From: a bacterium
GTDB lineage: Bacteria > UBA8248
Direction of reading: 5' to 3'
Assembly: GCA_963692865.2 (NCBI GenBank)
Contig: OY843592.1
Location: 1,984,001-2,048,000 of the forward strand
DNA: 64,000 nucleotides
In this document: positions 19,367 through 29,186 of the stretch, piece after piece
How positions within the stretch are numbered: position 1 is the first letter of the stretch
How the letters are laid out: every line of letters begins with the position of its first letter
Program-made: the position numbers and the translations under genes
Notes under the pieces: model-generated
The model's database searches: none
What the model was told of the DNA's origin: nothing
The model's input: the letters and a program-made list of their open reading frames with translations, nothing else

Positions 19367-22239
19367 TCGGAGATGGTGTAGGCCTCGGCCTGGGGCTTGT
19401 TGGGCCGGGCGAACCAAAGCGGACGCCTGAGGCCCTCGGGGCCGGGGGCGGGCTTCGTCATCTCGAGCCATTGCTTGTAGTGCTCGAAGCTCTTCTTCGT
19501 GTCGACGCTGATGTCGCCGTAGCGGTCCGCCGCCCCCGCCTTCGTCACCCGCACCTTCTGGTGCCAGCAGTGCATCCCGCTCACCGGGTCGGGGTTGACC
19601 GGGAAGGTGAGGTTCTGGTTCACGCCCACCTCGCGCCACCAGATGCGCTCCGTGTCCGGGTCGTCGCTCTTGAAGGGCTGCACGCCATGCACCTGGCGCA
19701 TGGTGTATTCGCCGTCGCCTTTTTCGTCGAGTCGAACGACGGCGGAGGCGATCTTGGGCGCGCCCTGCTCTTCGCTCAGTCGCCAGCGGCCCAGGTGATG
19801 CGCCATGGCGACGATGCCGGGCCGAAGGCCTTCCGTGACCCAGCACCTGGTGACGAAATGGCCTATCGCGGTCTCGACTTTCGCCAGATCGCCCGTTTTG
19901 AGTCCCAGGCGCGCGGCGTCGTCGGTGTGCAGCCACAGCGGGTTGTTGTGGGTGATCTCGTAGAGCCACTTCACGGCCGAGCGCGTGTGGATGAGGGTGG
20001 CGAGGCGGTAGTTGGGGAGCAGGTCGAACTCGTTGTTCTCGCGTTCCATGTCGCGCCAGTAGACGTGGGTCTTCATGTATTTGGGTATGGCCTCATCATT
20101 CCAGTTCCAGGCGGCCATGGTCGGGCTGTAGAATTCGAGTTTTTTGGACGGCGTGTGGAAGCCTTCCCTCGCTCTTCCCCGGCTCATGTTGCCGATGAGC
20201 GCGCCGTCCTTCCAGACCGAGCCCGTCGCCTCGTCCACGTGGGCGTCCTGCATGGCCTCATCCGAAAGCTCGTGCATGTGGGGTTCGTACACGTTTTCCT
20301 GCACGGCGAATACGCCGTATTTGCGCATGTATTCGAGAGGCGTCAGGTTTTCCTTCTCGGCGGCTTCGGGCAATCCCGGAACGCCGTTTTCGAACATCCA
20401 CTGGTAGTATTCGTTCACCGTGATTTTTTCGCCCGGCCTGTAGGGGCTCTCGAAATACTGCCGGATGCCGAGCGAGCCGTCCGGGTCGACGCGCCAGGAG
20501 AGTTCGATGTGGAGTTCGTCCTCCTCCCACACCTCGCCCGGGTTCGTCTCGCGCGAGGTCTCGAACGTCTCGCCCATCTTCTCGCGCAGCGCGCGGAGAA
20601 CGGGCTGGCGGAAGCCCACCCATTTCGTGGGGTGCGTCTCCTGGCTCTGGTTGTCGTGGCGCTCCGTGGCGTTGCCCATGGGGAGGATGTAGTCGGCGAA
20701 CCAGGCCGTCTCGCTCCAGGTGGGGGTGAGCGCCACGTGGCAACCGATCTTGTCGTGATCTTTCAGCATATCCACCCACATGAAGCCGTCCGGGTTCGTC
20801 CACACCGGGTTGTAGACCCGCGTGAAGTAGACGTCCACGCTGTGGCCCTTGTCCTTCACGAGATGCGGCATGAGGAAGCTCATCTCGAAAAACGCGAGAG
20901 GGTATTCCCGGGGGAAGAGAAGCTCGTTCCATTCCTTGGGGCCGGGAGCGGGGTTGGGGTGTTTGGGCACGAACTTGTGCGTGCTCGCCAGGTGGGTTCC
21001 GCCCACCGTGCCCACCGCGCCCGTCAGCGAGGGCAGGAAGTGCAGGCAGCGCGCCACCTGCCAGCCGTGGAGGTTGCCCGTGGCGGCCGCGCGCCAGACG
21101 TGGACGCAAAGCCTGCTCCCGGCGCGGGCGACCACCTGCGCGACTTCGGCGATCAAGTCAGCCGATACGCCCGTCTCATCCGCCGCGTACTCGAAGGTGA
21201 ACTCGGCGTATTCTTGTTTGAGCTTCTCGATGAAGTTCCCGAAACTCGCCTCCTCGTCGGGGTGGACGGTCCGCATGTATTCGGTCCAGTTCATCCACTC
21301 CTCGACGAACTGCGCGTCGAACTGCCCGGTGTCGAGCAGGTAGCGCGCGATGGCGAGCAGAATCGCGCTCTCGGTGCCGCTGTAGGCGGGCAGCCAGTAG
21401 TCGGCCTTCGCCGCCGTGTTGGAGAGCCTGGGATCGATGACGATGAGTTTCGCGCCGCTCGTCTGCGCCTCGATGATGCGCTGGGCCGAGGGGTTGTAGT
21501 AGTGGCCCGTATCGAGGTGGCTGCTGATGAGCAGGATGGCGTCGGCGTTGGTGAAATCGGGCGAGGGCCTGTCCGACCCGTTCCAGAGGAACTGGCCGAT
21601 GCGGGCGGAGGAGCTGCACACGTTCGTGTGGCTGTTGTGGCCGTCCACGCCCCAGCCGGCGAGCGTCTTGAACATGTAGCCGTCCTCGCCGGGGCGTCCC
21701 ACGTGGTAGATGACGCCGTTTCGCCGGTCGGCCAGGATCGCCTCGCGCATGCGGCCCGCGATGTCGTCGAGCGCCTCGTCCCAGCTCACGCGCTCCCACT
21801 TGCCCTCGCCGCGCTCACCCACGCGCTTTAAGGGATAGAAGATGCGGTCGGGGTCGTAGACCTGGTTGAGCGTCACCCAGCCCTTCGCGCAGTTGCGCCC
21901 GCGCGATGCGGGGTGGAGCGGGTTCCCCTCGATTTTCCTGATCTTCATGTCGTCCTTGTCGACGTAGGCCAGAAGGCCGCATCCCGCCTCGCAGTTGAAG
22001 CAGAGGGTCGGGACCAGCGCGTAGTTTCTCGCCACCTTCTGCGGCCATTTGGTGCTCTCGTATTCCGTCCAGTTGTCCCATTGGTCCGGGCTCGGGTAGG
22101 AGGTGAGGGCGCCGTTCGTGTTCGTGTAGTTGAGTTGGCCCGCAGGCGCCGCGGGCGGGGCCTTGGCCAGCAGGTCGGGGCGGCCCAGAGAGGCGACGTC
22201 GCGCGCGCCCTTGCCGACTTGTAGATGACTTGTGCTCAT
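19363..22239 (-). CDS. Mo-bisPGD oxidoreductase catalytic subunit (Psr/Phs/Soe-like clade), no Tat signal
   Basis: CFNCEAGC...C FS0 motif, PLKRVGERGEGKWERVSWDEAL and candidate Mo-ligand Cys in HTNVCSS. Confidence 0.92.
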   Translation of the reverse strand: MSTSHLQVGKGARDVASLGRPDLLAKAPPAAPAGQLNYTNTNGALTSYPSPDQWDNWTEYESTKWPQKVARNYALVPTLCFNCEAGCGLLAYVDKDDMKIRKIEGNPLHPASRGRNCAKGWVTLNQVYDPDRIFYPLKRVGERGEGKWERVSWDEALDDIAGRMREAILADRRNGVIYHVGRPGEDGYMFKTLAGWGVDGHNSHTNVCSSSARIGQFLWNGSDRPSPDFTNADAILLISSHLDTGHYYNPSAQRIIEAQTSGAKLIVIDPRLSNTAAKADYWLPAYSGTESAILLAIARYLLDTGQFDAQFVEEWMNWTEYMRTVHPDEEASFGNFIEKLKQEYAEFTFEYAADETGVSADLIAEVAQVVARAGSRLCVHVWRAAATGNLHGWQVARCLHFLPSLTGAVGTVGGTHLASTHKFVPKHPNPAPGPKEWNELLFPREYPLAFFEMSFLMPHLVKDKGHSVDVYFTRVYNPVWTNPDGFMWVDMLKDHDKIGCHVALTPTWSETAWFADYILPMGNATERHDNQSQETHPTKWVGFRQPVLRALREKMGETFETSRETNPGEVWEEDELHIELSWRVDPDGSLGIRQYFESPYRPGEKITVNEYYQWMFENGVPGLPEAAEKENLTPLEYMRKYGVFAVQENVYEPHMHELSDEAMQDAHVDEATGSVWKDGALIGNMSRGRAREGFHTPSKKLEFYSPTMAAWNWNDEAIPKYMKTHVYWRDMERENNEFDLLPNYRLATLIHTRSAVKWLYEITHNNPLWLHTDDAARLGLKTGDLAKVETAIGHFVTRCWVTEGLRPGIVAMAHHLGRWRLSEEQGAPKIASAVVRLDEKGDGEYTMRQVHGVQPFKSDDPDTERIWWREVGVNQNLTFPVNPDPVSGMHCWHQKVRVTKAGAADRYGDISVDTKKSFEHYKQWLEMTKPAPGPEGLRRPLWFARPNKPQAEAYTISE

Positions 22240-22257
22240 GCGCTTGAAACTCCCGGA

Positions 22258-23778
22258 TTACGAAAGGGGAACGGCCTGTCCGGCCTTCACCCAGATTTTG
22301 TCCCAAAGATACGCGCCCGCCATGGCCATGATTCCCGCCAGCACCGCGCCGAAGCCGCCGAAGCCTCCCGCCCAGAGAAGGAGCAGGGGAAGTACGCATC
22401 CCACGATGACGGCGCCGCCCCAGAAATCGTTCTTGAACGGCCCGCTCGTCAGCAGGTGGATCGCCCGCTCATGCGCCACGGAGCCGAAGCGGTGCACGAG
22501 AATCGAGAACACCAGGATGCTCAGGTGCAGCAGAATGAGAACGGCGAGCAGCCCGCCCAGGACGTTCAGGGCCGAGGCCTGGTTCGCTATCGGGAAGAGC
22601 GTGGCGAACAGAAGCAGGATGGCCGCGCCCTTCAGGCCCGATTGCACGCCGATGTCCAGCGTGTTCTCGCTTCCTTTCCACAAATCGCGCGCCGACGCCT
22701 GGGCGAAGAAAAAGCCCGTGTAGATGGAGGAAAGCACGCCCAGGAGGATGGTGGGCCACAGGATGAGGCCCATGAAGCCCTCTGCGCCGAACATGGCGCC
22801 GATCACCCAGAGGAGGGTGAAGACGCCGTCCAGCGCAATGAACCACGTGCCCCACGCCATCCAGCTTCCCCAGTTCGAGCGCAGCATGATGTAGTAGAAC
22901 CGCTCGGGCCGCTTGAGGTCGGTGATGAGCACGAACCCCGTGGCGGCGAGGAGGACGCCGCTCAGCGCGGGCATCCAGAAGGAGAACAGCGTGCTTTTAT
23001 AGCCGAACATCCACAGAAACAGGCTGATGACCAGAAGACCCGTGCTCGCGCCCTTGGTCAAGAGATACGTGATGATCTTCGTTTCCCAGGGAACCTCGTG
23101 GAAAGTGTCGTACACGGTGCGGCTTTCGCCGGGCTTGTTCTCCCACTCGGGCACGACGTCTTCCCGCTCCATGTCCATCTCGCCCTGCTTGTAGATGCCC
23201 GACTGGCCCGCCTCGGTGGGGTCGAGCAGCTGGCGGCTGCCCTCGAGATAATAGATGTTGGGCGCCGTGTTGTATTCGGGTTTCCGCACGTGGTAGGGGC
23301 GCTGCGTGGTGAGTTTCGATATCTTCGAATCCGCATCCTCCACGTCGCCGAACACGCGGCACTGCGTGGGGCAGACCACCACGCAGGCGGGCTCCAGATT
23401 CGCTTCCAGGCGGTTCGCGCAGAAATTGCATTTCTCCGCCGTCATCGTGTTGGGGTCGATGAAGAGCTGGTCGTAGGGACACGCCGCGATGCAGGACTTG
23501 CACCCGATGCACCAGTCGGGGTCCAGGTCCACGATTCCGTCCTTGCGCCGGAAGAGCGCCTTCGTCGGGCAGATGTTCTGGCAAGGGGCGTCGTCGCACT
23601 GGTTGCACAGGACGGGCAGGAATTCCCGCCTCGTGCTCGGGAAGGCGCCTTTTTCGACTTCCTTCACCCAGCATCGCCAGACGCCGATGGGGATGTCGTG
23701 TTCGGATTTGCAGGCGATCGTGCAGGCGTGGCACCCGATGCAGGATTCGAGGTCGATCGCCATCGCGTACTTGGTCAT
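22258..23778 (-). CDS. Fused 4Fe-4S dicluster subunit plus NrfD/PsrC membrane anchor
   Basis: N-terminal CIGCHAC...C, CNQC..PC, CIGCKSC and KCNFC ferredoxin motifs; C-terminal multi-TM domain with DLKRPERF...SWMAWG. Confidence 0.92.
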   Translation of the reverse strand: MTKYAMAIDLESCIGCHACTIACKSEHDIPIGVWRCWVKEVEKGAFPSTRREFLPVLCNQCDDAPCQNICPTKALFRRKDGIVDLDPDWCIGCKSCIAACPYDQLFIDPNTMTAEKCNFCANRLEANLEPACVVVCPTQCRVFGDVEDADSKISKLTTQRPYHVRKPEYNTAPNIYYLEGSRQLLDPTEAGQSGIYKQGEMDMEREDVVPEWENKPGESRTVYDTFHEVPWETKIITYLLTKGASTGLLVISLFLWMFGYKSTLFSFWMPALSGVLLAATGFVLITDLKRPERFYYIMLRSNWGSWMAWGTWFIALDGVFTLLWVIGAMFGAEGFMGLILWPTILLGVLSSIYTGFFFAQASARDLWKGSENTLDIGVQSGLKGAAILLLFATLFPIANQASALNVLGGLLAVLILLHLSILVFSILVHRFGSVAHERAIHLLTSGPFKNDFWGGAVIVGCVLPLLLLWAGGFGGFGAVLAGIMAMAGAYLWDKIWVKAGQAVPLS

Positions 23779-23900
23779 GAAGATTCCTCACTTGAGATGA
23801 TGCGCGTTTCTCGTATCTTGGCTTTGGTAGTCCAAAGCTAGAGCTTTGCGGCGGGCGTGTCAATTGAGGATGGAGCAAAAGGCCTCGGGGGGATGAGGAT

Positions 23901-24420
23901 TTTGCAGGGTCAGACATATATGTCTGACATACGGGGTTGTTGAACAAGCCTCGTCCGGGTCGGGGTTGCCGTATTCCTTGGCAGGGACAGGTCGCGACCT
24001 GTCCCTACGGTCGCCATTCGAGGGGGGGGGGATGTGTAGGGGTCGCCGATGGAGATTGATCCACCGCGCGGCATCGGGCTTCGCAGAACGCTTGACGCCC
24101 TCATTCCGAGCAAGCGCCCCAAACCCTCATCCTGAGTAGGCGCCGAAGGCGGCGTATCGAAGGATGGGGGGCGCGGCGGGCTGCGCAGGACGAGGAGGGG
24201 AATGGCGCCGCATCGGGCTTTTTCAACACTCCCCTCAAGGGCTTGTAAAAAAGTCGGAGAGGGAAAATTTGTTTGTGTGTAGGGGTCGCATACATGCGAC
24301 CCTCCCCGTTCAGGGCACGCGGGCCGCATAATATGCGGCCCCTACAAAAAACCGTCCCTTCCCGGTCGAGTCGAATCCTCGTTCATAAGGTCTTTTTTCA
24401 ACAACCCTCTCAAGGGGGGA
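23901..24420. repeat. Composite repeat mosaic with tandem or nested MITE-like units
   Basis: Two pairs of ends; 23983-24163 is a close copy of 6073-6247; flanks CCTCAAGG/TCTCAAGG around the second unit. Confidence 0.85.
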
Positions 24421-24637
24421 GTGATTCCCGAGCGATGGCCGTCGATAAAACCAACTCCCTTTGGCCTTCTGGTTTGCAATGACACCCCCCCCTGTCCCCC
24501 CTCCTCAAAGGGGTAAAGGCGACGCCACGACGAGGCGGCTTTTTCCGCGGCTCCGATTGAGGCAGAGTGATCGTGGTTTTTCGCGCTTTCGCGCGCCTGG
24601 CCGCCGGGGAGGAAAGCAGGTGGATGGGAGAGGATCG

Positions 24638-25198
24638 ATGAAGCCGAGACTCGCGTATCTGGCAAGGGGTCTCACGCTCGCGCGGTTTTTGGCGATTCCC
24701 ATAGTTGTCTGGACGTTGCTCCGCATTGATTCTGCTCCCGACCTGATGTGGCGGGTCTTGCTCATCGCCGCTTACGCCTACGCGGTCCTGAGCGACCTGA
24801 TTGACGGCCCGCTGGCGAGGCGGGCGGGTGCGAGGAGTTATTTCTGGGGGCAGGTGGACGCCCTATCGGACGTGGCCTTCAACGCGGCGGCGCTTGCAGC
24901 CGCTTTCTGGGCGGGGCGGCTCGGCCCATGGGCCGCCCTGGGCGTATCGGCGCTTGGAGCGCAGTTCCTCTGGCGCTGCCGTGGAGGGGCCGGGGGCGCG
25001 GGCGAAGCGTTGCCCGAGGATGCGGCGGGAAAGTGGGCGGGGGTCTGTTTCTACGCCCTGGTGGGCGTCGTCGTCTGTGAGATGGGCTTTTCGTGGGACT
25101 GGCTCAGGCCCGTCCTGCCCTGGCTCGGCAACCTGGTGTTTCTCTACGCACTATATTTGTTCATCCGAAACGCGCTCGCGTCTTATAGAAGCCATTAG
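24638..25198 (+). CDS. CDP-alcohol phosphatidyltransferase family protein
   Basis: LTLARF...SDLIDGPLARR...G..VDALSD matches the DxxDGxxARxxxxxxxxGxxxDxxxD signature. Confidence 0.9.
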   Translation: MKPRLAYLARGLTLARFLAIPIVVWTLLRIDSAPDLMWRVLLIAAYAYAVLSDLIDGPLARRAGARSYFWGQVDALSDVAFNAAALAAAFWAGRLGPWAALGVSALGAQFLWRCRGGAGGAGEALPEDAAGKWAGVCFYALVGVVVCEMGFSWDWLRPVLPWLGNLVFLYALYLFIRNALASYRSH

Positions 25199-25199
25199 G

Positions 25200-25465
25200 G
25201 ATGCTGTTGAAAGAGCCTGCAATGGCGGCGGCAATGGGAAACAGCCTTGGCGAAGGGAGTGTAGGTCGGACATATATGTCCGACATAGTATGCGGCCCGT
25301 GTTCCGATGCCGAAAAAGCAGGGACGCATGCTATGCGTCCCCTACATCAGGCTCACGACCGGAGCGACCCGCGAGAGAGAACACGTGTTCAGCCTCGACT
25401 GATGAAGGAGGAGTTGCCGCCTACCCACAAACAAATTTTCCCTCACCGGGCTTTTTCAACACCCC
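25200..25465. mobile_element. MITE-like element between convergent genes
   Basis: GCTGTTGAAAGAG...CTTTTTCAACACCCC ends with an internal GTCGGACATATATGTCCGAC palindrome. Confidence 0.65.
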
Positions 25466-25468
25466 CCT

Positions 25469-26410
25469 TTATGCGGCGCGCCCCTTCCCGAACAGATCCG
25501 AATACGCTTTCGGCATGAACAGCAAGCCGATGGTCCCGTTCGCCAGCATGAAGGTGAGGTGGGATACGAGGCTGTAGGCGAGGAGGTCCGCTTCCGCCGC
25601 GTAGCCCTTGAAGAAGAATATCCACGCGGCCTGGGATGTGCCCAGGTGCGCCACCGTCACCGGAAGCGCCCCTATCATGAAGACGAGCGGCAGGAACGTG
25701 AGAAGCTGCAGCAGCGGTATGTCCATTCCGAAGAGCGTCAGGGCGTATTTGTGCACGAAAAGCGAAAGCACGAATACGGAGCCCTTGAGCGCGAGGACCG
25801 TGACGCCCTGTCTGAACCGCACCGCCCGGAAGGTGTTGAGCAGGGTGTGGCCGCCGATCTTCTTGCCGATAGCGCCCAAGCCACCCCGCGCCACCTGGGT
25901 GATTAGCAGCCAGAAACAGGCGAGTCCGGCGGGCAGGGCGAAAAGAACGAGCGGCGCGCCGCCCGGGAAGGCGATGAGGCCGATAGTGGCGAAGGAGATC
26001 AGGTTCGTTACTTCGAGCAGGATGAGCATGGCGACCGTGCTCGTGATCTCGGCGAGCGGGGTCCGGAACCTGCGGTGAAAATAGAGCGCCAGCGCCACCT
26101 GGGCGAGTTGGGTGTTGATGATGGAGACGACGTAGGTGACGGCGCGCACGGGCAGCAGCGTCGGGAACGTCAGCGGGCCGTGGAACCAGCGGATCATCCG
26201 GCTCAGGACGAAGGTGTCCATCAGGAAAAAACAGATCGAAAAACACCCCATCACCAGGAGGAAGGGCGCGAGCCTCGCCTTCGATATGGCGAGGACGAAC
26301 TCGTCGAACGGGATCCGCCAGAAGATGACGGCGAAAATTACGACCGTGAGGGCGATGGGGATGAGCCGTCCGGCTTTGCCTGATTGATGCGTATTCTGGT
26401 TTTGCTCCAA
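25469..26410 (-). CDS. Lysylphosphatidylglycerol synthase-like TM (flippase-like) protein
   Basis: About 8 hydrophobic segments; LPVTVAHLGT motif resembles LPG_synthase_TM. Confidence 0.7.
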   Translation of the reverse strand: MEQNQNTHQSGKAGRLIPIALTVVIFAVIFWRIPFDEFVLAISKARLAPFLLVMGCFSICFFLMDTFVLSRMIRWFHGPLTFPTLLPVRAVTYVVSIINTQLAQVALALYFHRRFRTPLAEITSTVAMLILLEVTNLISFATIGLIAFPGGAPLVLFALPAGLACFWLLITQVARGGLGAIGKKIGGHTLLNTFRAVRFRQGVTVLALKGSVFVLSLFVHKYALTLFGMDIPLLQLLTFLPLVFMIGALPVTVAHLGTSQAAWIFFFKGYAAEADLLAYSLVSHLTFMLANGTIGLLFMPKAYSDLFGKGRAA

Positions 26411-26436
26411 AGCGAAACTCCTCGAAGGCGCAGCGG

Positions 26437-27390
26437 CTATTCCCGGCGCGGCAGCGAGAGGTCCAGAATCTCGTCGACGCCCGTGCGGGCGATGGGCGCG
26501 TCGCTTCCGGCTTCCTCATCGTCGCACAGATGCTCGTAGAAGATAACGTCGAACACGGTGCGGCTGATGGGGGAGGAGGGGGAGAACCGGCTGATGACGC
26601 TCGACGCGAGCCGGGCCGGCCCCCTCGGGATCGTCAGGATGCGGGGCCGCCTCCCGAGCCTGAGACCTGCGCGCAGGAGCAGTGCCCGGTAGAAGAGCGT
26701 TTCCGGCCCCGCGAGGTTCACCCGCCCAAGCGGCGCCTCCGGATGGCGAATCGCCCACTCTATCGCGCCGATGACGTCGCCCAGGTATATCGGCTGAATC
26801 CGCACCGCACCGCCCGCCACGAGGGGGACGGCCGAGGAGCGGAGCAGGCGTTTTATCTGGTTCATCGCCGGTGTGTCCGGCCCCAGGATCATGGGCACGC
26901 GGAAGATGGCGCCCGATGCGAAATTCTCCGCAATCACGTCCTCCGCCCGGCCTTTCGTCCTGATGTACTCGTTGTGAGAACTGGAATCCGCGCCCGGAAA
27001 GCTTAAGAAAACGAAAGACTTCACGCCGCAGTTCTTGCTCGCTTCGGCGACGTTCTTCGTGGTGAGCAGATTCGCCCCGAGGAGGGAATCCCCCGCCCTC
27101 GGAACCAGCGAACCCGCCAGGTGGGCCACGCAGTCGGCGCCGTCCACGGCGCGTTCAAGGCTTTGCGCGTCGTCGTAGTCCACTTCCATCAAATCGGCGG
27201 GGAGATCGCGCAGGTGCTCGCTTCGGCCCATGTCGCGCACGAGGGCGCGCAGGCGCACCGGCCCGATAGCCGTATTCCCGCCCAGGCGTTCGATGAGCGC
27301 TTTGCCGACGGCGCCGTTCGCGCCCGTGATGGCGATGTCGATGGGGCTTCTCCCGAGACCTCGAAAGGCGGTTGTGCGCACTGGGGCCAC
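26437..27390 (-). CDS. NAD(P)-binding epimerase/NDUFA9-like SDR
   Basis: ITGANGAVG, YIRTK and IQPIY motifs. Confidence 0.85.
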   Translation of the reverse strand: MAPVRTTAFRGLGRSPIDIAITGANGAVGKALIERLGGNTAIGPVRLRALVRDMGRSEHLRDLPADLMEVDYDDAQSLERAVDGADCVAHLAGSLVPRAGDSLLGANLLTTKNVAEASKNCGVKSFVFLSFPGADSSSHNEYIRTKGRAEDVIAENFASGAIFRVPMILGPDTPAMNQIKRLLRSSAVPLVAGGAVRIQPIYLGDVIGAIEWAIRHPEAPLGRVNLAGPETLFYRALLLRAGLRLGRRPRILTIPRGPARLASSVISRFSPSSPISRTVFDVIFYEHLCDDEEAGSDAPIARTGVDEILDLSLPRRE

Positions 27391-27426
27391 TCGCCTATAT
27401 GCGAGTCGCCCGTGCGGCGGCTTGGC

Positions 27427-28665
27427 CTATACCGTGAGCAGTTCGTGGGTCGGCGCGGTCATCTTCTCGATGGGCAGCCCGTGCGTGCAGGACCCGGCGC
27501 AGCTTTGGTGGCTGCAGTCGAGGCACGCCGATGCGCCCGCGCCCAGCATGGAGTACTCGGCCTTTGCGAATCGCACGTCCTCATAGTCGGTCGCATACAT
27601 GCGGGTGCGGAGCACGTCCGCGATGGGCACGTTCTCCGGACACGCGCCCGCGCAGTCGTTGCACGCATGGCGGCAGTAGGAGGTTCCGTTCAACCGCGCG
27701 TACTTCTTCAAGATCGGCACCTCGCGGCGCGATACCTTCTTCCAGCCCGAGGCGCCCACGAACTCGGTGATGTTGTCCTTGCTCGTCATCGAGATGATGA
27801 GCGAGTCCACGTTCGGGTTCGAGAGCACCCAGCGGAAGGCGGCCTGCGAGAAGGTGGCGCCCCCCTTCTCGTAGGGGCGCATGTCGTTCAGCCGCGCGCC
27901 CATGAGCGTCTTCATGGCGATGACGCCGACCCCCTTGGCTTTCGCCCGCGCGAGGGCGAGGGGCAGCTTCGGGAACCTGGCGATGAAGTCGAACCCGCGC
28001 GTGAACCGCTGATAGAAGGCCGGGTCCTGCCCGAAGTTGTAGGCGATGAGGAATACGTCCACAACGCTGTTGTCGATGCAGTAGTCGAGGCACGCGATCA
28101 GGTTGCCTGCGTGGCCCGACATGCCCGAATACCGGATTTTCCCCTGCTTTTTCGCAAGCGCCGTGAACTCGCTCCACTCGGGGTTCTTCATCCGGTCCAC
28201 GTCGTTCACCGCGTGGTTGAAATACACGTCCACGTAGTCTGTCTGGAGCTTTTTCAGGCTCGCTTCGAGAGAACTCATCATCGACTCTTTTTTGTCGCTC
28301 GGCCCCGCGTGCGTTTTCGACGCAATGTAGACCTTGTGGCGTTTGCCCTTGAGCGCGCGGCCGATGGTGGTCTCCGACTCCCCCCAGGAGTAGCTCTCGG
28401 CGGTGTCGAAATAGTTGATCCCCAGGTCGAGCGCGTGGAGAACGAGATGCTCCTCGTCCGAACCCAGACGGCTGCTGCCGAACGAGATGTCCGACATCCT
28501 GATGTCCGTCTTGCCGAGGGTGACGTAGCGGCGGACACGCTTCTGCGCGGCGTCCGCGCTCATGGCGCGCGCGAAGGGCAGGAGTCCCGCGCCCAGGCCG
28601 GCGAATGCGCCTTTTCGGATGAAATCGCGTCTTGCTAAAAAGTCGGTATGATGGGACATCGGCAT
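27427..28665 (-). CDS. Aldo/keto reductase with C-terminal Fe-S motif and twin-arginine-like leader
   Basis: RRDFIRK leader; GINYFDTAESY; SLKKLQTDYVD; CRHACNDCAGACP and C..C....C...C. Confidence 0.9.
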   Translation of the reverse strand: MPMSHHTDFLARRDFIRKGAFAGLGAGLLPFARAMSADAAQKRVRRYVTLGKTDIRMSDISFGSSRLGSDEEHLVLHALDLGINYFDTAESYSWGESETTIGRALKGKRHKVYIASKTHAGPSDKKESMMSSLEASLKKLQTDYVDVYFNHAVNDVDRMKNPEWSEFTALAKKQGKIRYSGMSGHAGNLIACLDYCIDNSVVDVFLIAYNFGQDPAFYQRFTRGFDFIARFPKLPLALARAKAKGVGVIAMKTLMGARLNDMRPYEKGGATFSQAAFRWVLSNPNVDSLIISMTSKDNITEFVGASGWKKVSRREVPILKKYARLNGTSYCRHACNDCAGACPENVPIADVLRTRMYATDYEDVRFAKAEYSMLGAGASACLDCSHQSCAGSCTHGLPIEKMTAPTHELLTV

Positions 28666-28849
28666 TCTCCAGGATAGAGAAATGAGGCGACCCGCCTATC
28701 TCACCCTATTTTCCCGTTTTGGTCAATTCGGGGTTTTTGTGGCTCATTGAGCCTTTGCGCCGGCGGAGCCTTGATGTGAAAACGGTTTTCCCTCAATCCC
28801 GGTCCCCCTTGCAGGGATGCGTTTTTCCTCATCAACCGAAATAAACCAT

Positions 28850-29049
28850 CGTCATTCCGGTATTGCGGCCAAGCTTCGACGGATAGGTGTAGGGGCCGCA
28901 TATCATGCGGCCCGCATTGTGAAGAAAAAGCCGGGCCGCATGATATGCGGCCCCTACATAACTTCTTAGATAGAGTAGGGACAACCCCCCGTGGTTGTCC
29001 TTTTTCAGGATGGATGCAATCAGGACAGGCACGGGGGTCTGTCCCTACA
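28850..29049. repeat. Cluster of GTAG-type palindromic repeats in inverted pairs
   Basis: GTAGGGGCCGCATATCATGCGGCCC...GGGCCGCATGATATGCGGCCCCTAC and GTAGGGACAACC...CTGTCCCTAC. Confidence 0.8.
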
Positions 29050-29186
29050 ATGAGCCGTTAATTGCCCTTGGTTGCCCCTATGTATGAAACCACTCCACGT
29101 CGGATGCGAGGGATTTAGGAGTCGCATACATTCGCCCCGCATTGTTAAGGGGCAAGATAAAACCGCCAATCCCCCCCGCATTCCAA

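Noticed and set aside
19363-22239. Formate dehydrogenase or Sec-containing Mo enzyme
   Set aside because: No in-frame TGA and no FDH-type (C/U)H active-site motif; the partner is NrfD-type.
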